The translations under genes were made by a program, and so were the position numbers. DNA of 64,000 bases, from assembly GCF_006345805.1 (NCBI RefSeq), contig NC_042998.1, forward strand, positions 85,870,001-85,934,000. Direction: 5' to 3'. Of the stretch, positions 26,449 through 38,650 are shown in pieces. The notes beneath the pieces are model-generated. The model worked only from the letters and a program-made list of their open reading frames with translations, had not been told where the DNA came from and searched no databases. This stretch comes from Octopus sinensis (Eukaryota). Each line of letters starts with the position of its first letter. Position 1 is the stretch's first letter.

Positions 26449-26900
26449 TGGTGTAAAAGATGGGCTACAGCAAATATTCTGCTCATTACCACAGATTTGC
26501 TTGTCAGTTGCTTGACCGTAACCAGTTGAGCATGTCCCTTAGTGGCTGATGATATGTGCATCTCTGATCACGAGCAGAAGTAGTTGGGGAGCATCAAAGC
26601 CATGTGTTGAGAGTGATTCTTTGGGATTTGAATAATTCACCTCTGGAAACATGGTATTTTGTTCATCATCCTTAAACAAGCCTTATTCATGAACCTTTTG
26701 AGCAGGGTGGGCTACTCATCTTGAAGAAAATTTTAACTGGGCCTCACCTGCAAGGTCATGCACTGTTTATCTTGATATAAGATCGCCATGTCGCACACAT
26801 ATGATTGTGATGCATTTTCCTGGTGTACCCTTATAGGGTAGTCATGATGGGAATAGTTTACTCCAGTGTCAGTTTGATGGCATGCACTGCTCTCTCACTC
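26449..26900 (+). mobile_element. Unclassified non-coding interspersed repeat ending in (AAT)n; 5' part at 49815-50095
   Basis: Shares ~240 bp (GGT(G/A)TAAAAGATGGG...AATAATTCACCTC) with 49815-50095; no ORF and no clear A/B boxes. Confidence 0.7.
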
Positions 26901-26906
26901 AATAAT

Positions 26907-26959
<53 letters not shown>

Positions 26960-29900
26960 GAGAACACTGGGGACGTTTAAGATGTAAGAACGATAAAACA
27001 GAGCTCCGAAATCTATCCACAAACATCGAAAACAAAGACATCGTATGGAGCCAAAAATTTACTAACAAAGGATTGGACTATATCCGAGTAAGTAATACTC
27101 ATTGAAATTTATTACTATTTTCGAAATGAAATAATGTATTTTAACTCGATATCATCTCCACCTCTAACACAACACATTTAAACATGCGTGAAACTTTACG
27201 ATCCATCAACACCAGATCATCCCCAACCCCAAACACCATGTACAAAAAAAACTATGAAGAAATTAAATACCACCAATATTATTCAACCCAAGAATAACAA
27301 TCGGGAAGTATGTACTTTAAACTTACAACACAAAATGTATGAAAAACTACACGTGCAAAACAATGTGACAACAGAAATGAACAGACCGGTACCCTACGAA
27401 AATGACGACCATCAAAATAATGGGCCGGACGTTGTTCCTCATGTCCCGCAAATAAAACCTAAAAGACATAAATGGACACGTGAGGAATACATTTCTATCC
27501 TACACGCATATTTCACAGCAGTGCTCTACCCAAAAAATGAAAACACAACAACACATACATATAAAATATGGAAGGAAAATAACATAAATATAGACTTGGA
27601 TACAGCAATGAACCCTAATAAACTAGCTAACATACGAAGATACATTCTCAACGCAAAAAAAATATCAGAAATAGAAATAGAACATCTAAAAGAAAAAATA
27701 CACCAGGAAAATGTAGATAGAAGCCACACAACAATGCCCAATAATATAAACACTGAAATAATAAAACACGAAGACAAACGTAACATTCCCAACAAACACG
27801 ATGTAAACAAAAAACAACAAACCCAGACCGTAAGGATGCATAATAATACACGACAAACAGCAAGCCAAAACACGACAAACAAACATATAAATAAGAAAGA
27901 AAGCGACACAAATCTAAAACCTGGAAACAACGAAGGGGTGCCTAATGATTATGATAATATAAAAAGTAAAATAATCAAAGAACTGGAAACCACAGAGCTC
28001 AAAATGGAACACTGACCATACCTCCCAAAAATCAAAATAGACGAAACAACAACACCAATTATAAACAGCATAAACCTAGCCATCACGGAACTAATAGTCA
28101 CTGAAACAAAAAGCGATATCATTGAGCTAAATGACCTAGTATACGCAGCAGCCACTGCAGCCACAAAAGAAGCTGGATACTCACTCAAACCCATCCAAAC
28201 AGGAGTACCACCACCCAAACAAACCCTGTGGATAAATAACATCCAAAACAAAACACAAAAAATGAGAAAAGATATGTCGATTATTAATGAAATCAGTAGA
28301 CAATCAACGCTACTGAGCAACAAAAAGAAAACAAAAATACTCCGCAAATATAACATCACAGAAAAAGATTTACCTGAGATAAAAGAAAAGCTGAAGCAAG
28401 ATATCCTTGCCAAAGTACAAAGGATCCGCCGTTACGAGAAACGCCAGCGCTTCTTTGAACAAAACAAAAAGTTCAACTCCAACCCCAAAAAATTCTACCA
28501 AGAACTTGGCAAAAATAAAATAGAAATCACTGCAGCACCAACGGCAGAAGAAGTGGAAGAATTCTGGAGAGAAATATGGTCGGCAAACGAACAACCAAAA
28601 AAAAGGAGTATTAAAACAACAAACTCAGCATCTGAGCAACTTTGGACCCCCATGACAACTGAAGAGGTCACCCAGGCACTGCAAAGACTAAGCAACTGGA
28701 AGGCACCTGGGCATGACAAGATCCCCAACTTCTGGTTGAAATATCTAACAGGAATGCACAAAAAGCTGGCTGAAAACTTTAACAACATACTAGCAGAGCC
28801 AGAGACAATGCCTGAATGGCTCACGAAGGGGAAAAACCATCTTAATTTCCAAATCAAATGAGACACCAAAACCAGAAAACTACAGACCAACAAAAGAGGG
28901 ACTCATGAAAACCAAAGCCATCCCCATTAGAAGAGGAATATTCCAGGGAGACACACTCTCTCCACTTCTTTTCTGCTTGGCACTGTCACCTCTATCTGAT
29001 ATGCTAAATAGAACTGGATGCGGATATGTATGTTATGGCAAAACGATCAGCCACCTTTTATATATGGATGACCTAAAATTATATGCTGCAAATGCCAAAC
29101 AGCTGGAAACACTATTAAAGACAGTTCATGGATTTACCAAAGAAATAGATATGAAATTTGGATTAGAAAAATGCGCCAAAGTAACCCTGAAAAGAGGAAA
29201 ACTAGTTAAGAGTAGCAACATCATACTAGATAAAACCAATGAAATAAAAGAATTAGACCAAAGCCAAACTTACAAATACTTAGGAATCCATGAACTAGAT
29301 AAGACACAACACACACAAATGAAAAAGAAAATAAAAAAAGAATATTATAGACGAGTTAGATCAGTACTAAAAACAGAGCTCAATGCTAAAAACAAGATAA
29401 TAGGTATTAACACTTTAGCTGTCCCAGTTATAAGTTACAGCTACAATATCCTTAACTGGACACTAAATGAACTGACCAAAATAGATAGGAAAACAAGAAA
29501 AATAATGACAGGATTTAGGATGCATCACCCAAAATCTGACATAGAAAGACTATATATACAACGTATAGAAGGTGGTAGAAGCTTTATACAGCTGGAAAAC
29601 TACTATAAAATAACCACCATAGGACTGCAAAAATATCTACTTCAGAAGGAAGGAAAACTGATACAAATAGCGGCAAAACACAAGCAAAACAAAAAACTGT
29701 TCTCAGTATTTAAGGAAGCTGACAAATACAAACAAGAAATCATACCACCTAATAAATATGAAGAAGAAGAAGAAGATGAAGAAACAACAAAAGCTATAAA
29801 ACAAATGAAATCCAAACTAAAAATAGAACAGCAACGAACCATGATAAAACGATGGCAAGAAAAGCTCTTCATGGTAAATACTAGACTAAACTAAATGCAA

Positions 29901-30710
29901 AAGAAATAGACAAAGAAAAATCCCAGCAATGGTTGAGAAGCTCAGGACTCAAAGCAGAGACAGAGAGATTTTTAATTGCAGCACAAGACCAAAGCCTCCC
30001 CGCCAGAAATTACCAAAAACATGTAATGAAAAGAAATATAACAAGTAACTGCAGAATATGTGGAGATGGACAAGAAACAATAAATCATATTATCTCTGGC
30101 TGCCCAGTCCTGGCTAAGAAGGAATATATTCACAGACATGACAGAGTTGGAACCTACATACACTGGAAGCTATGCCAACATTATGGAATAACAACAGAAA
30201 AAAGATGGTATAGGCACACACCAGAAAAGGTCACAGAAAACGAGAAAGCAACCATACTCTGGGATATGCCGATACACGCAGATAAAGAAATTAAGGCCAA
30301 CAGACCAGATATAGTTGTCAGAGATCATGAAGACAAAAAATGCTTTCTAATTGATGTATCAATACCGGTAGATAACAACATGTCTCTAAAAGAAATGAAG
30401 AAACTTTCAAAATACAAAGACCTGGAAATAGAGGTAACCAGAATGTGGAATCTAAAAACAGAAACAATTCCTATCATAGTAGGTGCATTAGGCATGATAA
30501 AAAAATATTCAGACAAATACATAAAAACACCAGGACTTACAAACACATATAACATACAGAAAATTGCACTACTAGGCACTGCACACATCCTATGCAGAAC
30601 ACTTTCCATACAATAACCATCAGAGCATCGCAACAAATCACAGCACATACCCAAGGCACACAGAGCTGCGCTCGGTAGTGAAGTGAAAGCACGCTATAAA
30701 AATAAAACTA

Positions 30711-30748
<38 letters not shown>

Positions 30749-30750
30749 CA
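26960..30750 (+). mobile_element. Near full-length R4/Dong-type non-LTR retrotransposon (single ORF, now disrupted)
   Basis: N-terminal RHKWTREE Myb-like motif, WKAPGHDKIPNFWLK, RRGIFQGDTLSPLLFCL, YMDDLKLY, CRICG..HIISGC knuckle, RHD, NRPDIVV..D..K REL; one in-frame TGA (28013), frameshifts near 28840 and 29865, internal RT deletion near 28890; (AAT)n on both sides. Confidence 0.95.
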
Positions 30751-32175
30751 ACAATATTTCCCACATATGGATCCCAGAAACACTTGCCATGAACAAGGTA
30801 GCACCAATAATCATAAACTATATAAAACATTCCTTGAATAAATATCAAACAGTACTACAGCTCCAGACAAAAGAGGGACTCATAAAAACTAAAATCATCC
30901 CCATTAGAAGAGGAACATTCCAGAGAGGCATGCACTCTCCACACATTTTCTGCTTAGCACTCACACCTAAGTTACATTAATGTAGAAAACATAGTTCAAT
31001 GTGACATAGAAAGGTTACATACATACAACGTATTGAAGGTGGTAGAGGTCTCATACAGCTAGAAAATTATTACAAAATAACCACCATAGGATTACAGAAA
31101 TACTTACTTCAGAAGCAAAGAAAACTGGTACAAATAGCTACAAAACATGAGCAAAACAAAAAGAAAAAACTGTTTTCTGTCTTTAAGGAAGTTGAAAAAT
31201 ACAAGAAAGAAGTCATAGTACCTGCCAACTATGAAGAAAATGAAGAAACAACAAAAGCTGTAAAACAACTGAAATCCAAACTGAAACTGGAACAACACAG
31301 TATCAAGATGAAAAAAAAAATGGCAAGAAAAGCCCCTACAAGGGAAATATTTGGTTAAGCTAAACAGAAAAGAAATAGACAAAACAAAATCCCAACAATG
31401 GTTGAGAAGCTCAGGACTCGAAGCAGGAACTAAAGGATTTTTAATTGCAGCACAAAACAAAAGCCTCCCCACCAGAAATCACCAAAAACATATAATGAAA
31501 AGAAATACAACAAATAACTGCAGAATATGTGGTGATGGAGAAGAAACAATGAATGATATTGTCTCTGGCTGCCCAGTCCTGGCTCAGAAGGAATATATTC
31601 ATAGACATAACAGAGTTGGGACCTATATACACTGGAAGCTATGCCAACACTATGAAATGACAACAGGAAAAAGATGGTATTTCTGAAAAGGTCACAGAAA
31701 ATGAAAAAGCAACCATACTCTGGGATGTACCAGTACATACAGATAGAGAAATTGAGGCTAATAGACTGGATATAGTTGTCAGAGATCACCAAGAAAGATG
31801 ATACCTCCCAATCAATGTATCAATACCAACAGATGACAGCACTTCTCTAAAAGAAACAGAGAAACTTTCAAAATACAAAGATCTGGAAATAGATGTAACT
31901 TGAATGTGAAGCCTAAAAACAGAAACAATTCTTATAATAGTATGCACATTAGGTACGATAAAATTAATTCAGACAAACACGTGACCAAAACATCAGGACT
32001 CACAAATGTATTTTACATACAGAAAATAGCACTACCAGGCACTGCACACATCCTACATAAGGCACTTTCAATATAATGAAAATAAGAGCACCACAACAAA
32101 CAACAGCCATACCCAAGGCATCCAGAGCTGCACTCAGTAATGTAGTGAAAGCATGTGATAAAAATAAAACTACTA

Positions 32176-32240
<65 letters not shown>
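30751..32240 (+). mobile_element. 5'-truncated Dong-type LINE (older subfamily), second unit of the chain
   Basis: IPIRRGTFQRG.., WLRSSGLEAGTKGFLIAAQ, CRICGDGEET, same type of 3' UTR, (AAT)n tail. Confidence 0.9.
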
Positions 32241-32246
<6 letters not shown>

Positions 32247-33970
32247 AGTTTATGTAAAAAATGAGAAACAGCTTGAAAGCTTCGTACATACTCCCCATAT
32301 TTTTTCAAATGATGTAGGCATGGAATTTGGGATAGAAAGGTGTGCTATATTGAAAATGAAATGAGGAAGATTTGAAAGAATTAAATGCCAAATGGGTAAA
32401 CAATGAGAGCAGTTGAGAAAAGACAGTGGTATAAGTATTTAGGAATACTGGAAGAAGACAATAAAAAATGAGGAAATGAAACAAATTTCCAGTAGGGAGT
32501 ATACAAGAAAAATTACTGCTGTCAAAGCTGGATTTCAAAACCCTTATTGATGCAGTAAATTCAAGAGCAGTACCCTTGATCAGACATGGAGTTGGAATTA
32601 TATACTGGACCAAAAACGATATAAAGAAACTTGACAGAAAAAATAGAAAGTTGTTGATAATGTATGGAGCCCGCCATCTGAAAGCTGATATCAACTGGTT
32701 GTAATTGAAGAGAGACCAGGGTAGTAGAAGAATGTATACAGATGGAAAGAAAAAGCCTAGTAGAGTATTTACAGAGCAGCACAAAAAAAAAACTACTAAG
32801 TATACTCAAGATACTGAAAAAAGAACAGGTGATGAAGTGTGTAATAAGAGAAAAAACAAGAAAGAAGTACAAAGAGGGCACATCAGTCAGATTGAAGAGA
32901 AACCTCTGCATGACCAATTTTGTAGAGCCACTGAAGGTGTATGTGGAACAAAATTCTGGGCTTGGGTAAAAAAGGGGCAATAAAAAAATACAGAGCCTAA
33001 TTGTTGCAACCCAAGATCAAATGATAAAAACAAACAACTTGAGGAAAATATATATATGGAGAGAATGTGTCGGAAAAATGTAGAGCCTATGGAACTTGGA
33101 ACGAGACAGGGGCACACATTGTGACAGAATGCCCCAAGTTGGCACATGAAGAATATAAGAAATAGAGGCACAATCAAGTTGTAAAAGTTTTACACTGGAA
33201 ACTGCCAGAAATGGGGATTTAAGACTGGAAAAACATGGTACAATCACTGAGTCAAAAAAATATTGGAGTTGGAGAAATGTAAGACTTTGCAGGACTTTCC
33301 TATTTAAAAAGTTAGAAAATAATGGACCATACATAACTATTATAGATAAGGAAAAGCAAAGTTGTTTACTAATCAACTCCTCATGCCCATTTGACTCCAG
33401 GATCATAAAGAAAGAGGATGAAAAACAAAAGAGAAAAATACAATCCATTAAAATTTGCAATAGGAAAAATTTGGAATATGAGAACAGTAAAGGTCATATT
33501 TGTATGTTGTGGAAGGATTCCAACCACCTGCCAAGTGACAAAAGGTGGACAGACTCGTTATAAATTAAAGAACTGTGAGTGATTGACAGTTCTGATTGGT
33601 AAGCAGTTCACTGTGAGCCATTGATTGAGAGTGGTGAGTCTTGTATAATAGTAATAGTAGTGTATCATGTAAATATTTTCTTACCCTCTTATTTTATTAT
33701 ATTATATATCCAATACAAGGATATAAAACTATAATTATTGGTGCATTGAAAACAGTAAGCAAAGATATAGACAAATGGCTGAAGGAGAACTGGTAGAACT
33801 CCTACAGACAGTTTGTCCCTTAGGGATAACAAGGATTATCAGGAAGGTTCTAAACACTTGAAAGATAATTGAAAACTTGTGGATATTTAAGGTTACAGGT
33901 AGTAACCTACTGTCCACATAAATCCTACCAGGAATAAGACCCACCTGAGCCAAACCAAAATAGTAATAAT
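32241..33970 (+). mobile_element. R4-type LINE 3' half (third family), split by a ~230-bp insertion at ~33500-33730
   Basis: GMEFGIERCAILKMK, ..KPLHDQF.., IWNMRTVKV|IIIGALKTV; 3' UTR matches 49680-49780. Confidence 0.8.
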
Positions 33971-33977
33971 AATAATA

Positions 33978-34309
33978 GTCTCTAAAAGAAATGAAGAAAC
34001 TTTCAAAATACAAAGACCTGGAAATAGAGGTAACCAGAATGTGGAATCTAAAAACAAAAACAATTCCTATCATAGTAGATGCATTAGGCATGATAAAAAA
34101 ATATTCAGACAAATACATAACAAAAACACCAGGACTTACAAACACATATAACATACAGAAAATTGCACTACTAGGCACTGCACACATCCTACGCAGAACA
34201 CTTTCCATACAATAACCATCAGAGCATCACAACAAATCACAGCACGTACCTAAGGCACACAGAGCTGCGCTCGGTAGTGAAGTGAAAGCACGCTATAAAA
34301 ATAAAACTA

Positions 34310-34349
<40 letters not shown>
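33978..34349 (+). mobile_element. Short young Dong 3' copy, ~98% identical to 30382-30713
   Basis: By eye about 6 substitutions and one 3-nt indel in ~335 bp; (AAT)n on both sides. Confidence 0.92.
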
Positions 34350-34660
34350 GAAAATGTACTGTTAGTTTGCAAGAGATGTGAATACCAAGACAGATACAGA
34401 GGACTGGGGGCTATGAATGAAGAGGAGTGACCTGAAGAGAGAGACAGAAGCACTCATATGTGCAGCTCAGGAACAAGTGTTAAGGACCAACTATATGAAG
34501 TGCAGAATAGACAACACTGCTGATAGCAACAAATGCAGAATGTATGGCGAGTGGGGCGAAACAGTATGGCACATCATTACTGAGAGCCCGAAATTGGCAC
34601 AATGTGAATACAAAGACACCATGATAATGTGACAAGAATGATCCATTGGGAGCTCTGTGG
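34350..34660 (+). mobile_element. R4-type LINE fragment (zinc-knuckle region)
   Basis: DLKRETEALICAAQEQVLRTNYMKCRID..KCRMYGEWGETVWHIITE. Confidence 0.8.
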
Positions 34661-34679
34661 AAATCACAGCCTACAAAAA

Positions 34680-36190
34680 GCACATGAAACTCTTCTAGCA
34701 TTCTCTCCTGTAATATCTGTGGTATGACTACTACCCTTTGAGCGTACATTAGTACACCTTCACATATAGAGTACACGTTCACATCTTAGCAGTTCTTTGC
34801 ATCAGACATTTCTTTATTTCCTTTTGCTAACCAAAGTTTTCTGTTTGTCTCATTAATAAATTTGTCATTTCTTGCATTTCTTTTGATTTCTTCCAAAGTT
34901 ACTGGTAGGGCACACACGATGTTTCACATCACTTTTTTTGTTTCAGTTCATCTACCTCCTTCAGTCGTATGACTGCTCTGTTTACGTTATTGTATAAATT
35001 GCTTATGGGTGTATCTCATAAATTAAATTTCTCCGTACATTCAGTGCCAAATAAATTTTTTTCAACACATAAACATTAACTTGGAACATTTTATTACAAA
35101 TGCCTATGAAATATAATTTTCTTCCCGTAGCACGATATGCTATTTTGTTTGAACTACATAATGTTGGTTTAGTCATTTGTTCCCATGTTTTCTTATATAT
35201 GATTGTGATATCATTTCTTCATCTAATTGCATTCTGACACTAGTATTTTCAATTTTCCCATTCAAGAATTTTCTGTTTGTCTCAATTTTTTCTGCTGACA
35301 AACTATTTATTTTTTCTTGTTTGTTCCATTTTCCTATCATTCAAGCTTTGTAGTGTGATTTTATATGTCCTGTAAACATGCAGTGAAAGCACTTTGTTTT
35401 TTTATACAGACAATCTTTTTTCAGGTGCATCCCACCCCATGCCATATATGGATCTACCGCTAGATATTTTTTCTGTTTTTCTTGCAACACTTTGTCTTCT
35501 GACACTTTTGCACTGATCTTATGTGGAAACACTCTTTCTGTTAAATTTCTTTTGTGTTATGTCTAAATTTTAATATCCAGTTACACTCTTCTGACAATTT
35601 CTGCAATGTCAGATCCTGGTCCATTTCAAATTTCGATTGAATTTTCATTCATATTTCTGCATCCCTATCTGTCAATCCTTGTGTAAAAATCAAACACTTG
35701 AAAGAATCTGGAGTAAGCATATCTAATCTAAATCTTTCACATTCTTTGTTGACTGCCTGTGTGAGTAGTGAAGTCTTTGTCTTCACTCCATTCTATGTTT
35801 AAACATTTCCATCTAGTATCAAACTGTGAGCTCTTTTCACTAAACATTTTACACAAAATGTCAACTGTACTGATGAAATTTATGTTGGATGCTCTTTTTT
35901 GCAATATGAAGTTACTATACTTCTCATGCTCTGCTGTTGCTAGTTTTCTTAAAACTAGAGGCATTTTCATATCGTTCGTCCAGTCCTGGCATTCTTTTTC
36001 AAAGATTTGTTGAAATCTTCGAAAGTAAGCCTTGAAAGTTACTCCTTCTCTGGGGTCATATTTGAATTTGCTTATGGAATTTGCTACATGGTCAGGTGAT
36101 AATGTATTCTCCAGATTGGTTATCAACTTGATTAAGTGTAACATTTGCTGCTGCAATCCTTGTTGTTGTTCCTGTTGTATAGAAATAGTA
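34680..36190 (-). mobile_element. Gypsy LTR-retrotransposon remnant (K02A2.6-like gag, knuckle, protease trace, integrase H2C2 region; RT deleted)
   Basis: HVANSISKFKYDPREGVTFKAYFRRF...LRKLATAEHEKYSNFIL..SSQFDTRWKCL; CFHCMFTGH; RVVVIPQILQERMLEEFH. Confidence 0.8.
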
Positions 36191-36269
36191 ATAATAATAA
36201 TAACATTAATAACATAGACCAATCTACTCCCATCTCTAACTTCTCCTTAAACGGTATTAGCTCCTCCAT

Positions 36270-36690
36270 TCCTGAGAATAACCCTCACAATGCACTACCA
36301 ATTAACTGTTGTTTTAGGTCCATCTGCCTTCTACAAATCCATAGCAGAAGATCTAATGTAACTTATAAATGCACTGTCCTCAACATGTTACACAATTCTA
36401 CAACCATATATATAGGGACACCTTTAAATTTTAAACAGCGATACGCTGCACATCTCAATTCTTATAGATATGAGAAACTCAATTAATCCACAACACTCAC
36501 CAGCCACATACATCATCTCAAAAATAGAAATATTGCATACATCTTGTCATGGTACATAACAGATTCAGGGCTTCTAACCTGTAAGTTATGCCTAAAAGAG
36601 ACATTCCACATATCAAAACAACTTTTCAATACTACTAAATAAATATAATGAGGCCCTAGGTACATGCAACCACTACTTTTTCCATACCTT
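36270..36690 (+). mobile_element. Penelope-like element GIY-YIG endonuclease remnant
   Basis: NVTYKCTV...IYIGTPLNFKQRYAAHLNSYRYEK..TTLTSHIHHLK...CKLCLKE...LNKYNE..CNH. Confidence 0.8.
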
Positions 36691-37917
36691 CAAATTTTAC
36701 CACAAATCTAAATGCAGCCTAAATCAAAACACAGTACATATCCTGAGCTCCCTTTAGCTAATCTCCAGCAACCCTATTTGACTTTCCATTGTCTCCATTT
36801 TTAATTATTCAACTCTTCAATCTTATTTTTTAATTGTTTAATAATACATATATGGACATATATATATGTATGTGTGCACATGTATGGGTATATTTATGTG
36901 TGTGTGTGTGTGTGTGTGTGCGTGTGTGTACGTGTATGTGTGTATGCATATATTTATAGGTGTATGTGTGTGTGTGTGTGCATATATATCTATGCATATA
37001 TGTGTATAGGTTTAAGTACATAAGTATGCGGGCCTATATAATAGTGCACATACACATATATATGCATGTGTGTGTGTGTGCGTGCGTATATCAATATACA
37101 CTTCATTCTTTCTCTCTCTGATTCTTCAGCCAGTACAATATACACCTCCATCTATTTTTAGAAACTTGACCATTATATCTTATTATTCTTGCCTTTCTTT
37201 TTAAGGTTCACTACTCACTTTAGTAACCCCTCCCCCACTGTACCAATCCCTCCACCTCACCCCTACTCCTCACACATATTCATTCCTTACATTTTTATCG
37301 CTTCCTATCCTTCCTCTTCCCCTCTCCCATCCCCGTTATCACATCTTGACCACCAAGTAATACTCCTTTTTTCATTTTCTCTTCCTCTTTCTTTTTTTCT
37401 TCTTTCCTCACATTCCTTTTGACCATACTCCTTATTTTAACATACACATCTTTTCTCTCCACTCTATCTACTTTCTCAAAATTTCACTCACACCACAAGA
37501 CCCCTTTGAATCTATGTCACCATACTTTCTATTTGTAATGACAAAATATGAACTCCTATTGGAATTTATATACTATGGACAAGAAGCATTTCTATCACTT
37601 CTGCACACCACTTTCCTTGGATAATGGAACTGCAACTATAATATCCTACATATATCTTTATTTCTACTTTTATTCTCTTATTTCCCTTTATACTTCTTAT
37701 TTCCATCCTTTTCCAAAATAACTCCTTATATTGAACTCTGCTATTTCCGTCTGTGGGGTAAAAGAGCCAGAATGCCTTTCATTCAAAGCTGAAAATAGTC
37801 ATAACCAGAATAGCTTTGATCATGAGTCTGCTTAATCAGAGTTGATCTGGAAATGGAAATCACAAGCAGAAAAGTAGGTGTGACTTTCAGTGAAGCATAT
37901 TACCTGATTGTAAGGAT

Positions 37918-38322
37918 GGGTCCATGTTTGGCAGATTTACTGTTCATATGTTACATAAACACTTAGGTTTTATGAGGTGAGTCAACCAACATTTAAAGCT
38001 TACAGAACACACATACACCCACATTTTCGCACACACATACTAGATGCCTAGTCTCTATATAATGATCAACAGTGAGTTGTCCTTAGAGTTAGATATTATT
38101 TCACAAAGAGAATAATAAAATAAAAATAATATCCTGAAAATAAAACCTATATTGCTGGTTGTTGTTTCTGATTTAATCAGGGTCCATGTTTGGCAGACTT
38201 ACTGTTTATACATTACATAAACACTTAAGTTTTATGAGGTGAGTCAACCAACATTTAAAGCTTACAGAACACACATATACCCACATTTTCACACACACAT
38301 ACTAGATACCAAGTCTCTATAT
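37918..38322 (+). repeat. ~140-bp direct repeat (37918-38060 and 38180-38322)
   Basis: Both run GGGTCCATGTTTGGCAGA...AGTCTCTATATA at roughly 90% identity. Confidence 0.9.
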
Positions 38323-38650
38323 ATTGTTGTTTGGGACAGAGGAACAAAGGTATGTACCATCACCGAAGTTACCTGTCCTGCAGATATAAATATCGCTTTG
38401 AAAAATCAAAGCGAAAGAGGATATCTATGGACAATTGCTTCGAAACCTCCAACTTTTATATCCAGAATATGAATTCATATTCAGACCAATAATAATTGGA
38501 GCACTAGGTTTTGTTAGTAAATGCTTAAAGGAGAATCTGGATAAATTGGGATTTTCAGAAAGAGAAATTCACAAGCTGATTCATACAAGTCCAATCTGTG
38601 AGTGGAACAGTAAAATTATGGAAAACTTTTCTCAAGTTCAAATGTAAATT
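38320..38650 (+). mobile_element. REL endonuclease C-terminus of a divergent R2-group LINE (not the Dong families)
   Basis: IVVWDRGTKVCTITEVTCPADINI..K..YGQLLRNLQLLYPEYEFIFRPIIIGALGFV...KTFLKFK. Confidence 0.7.
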
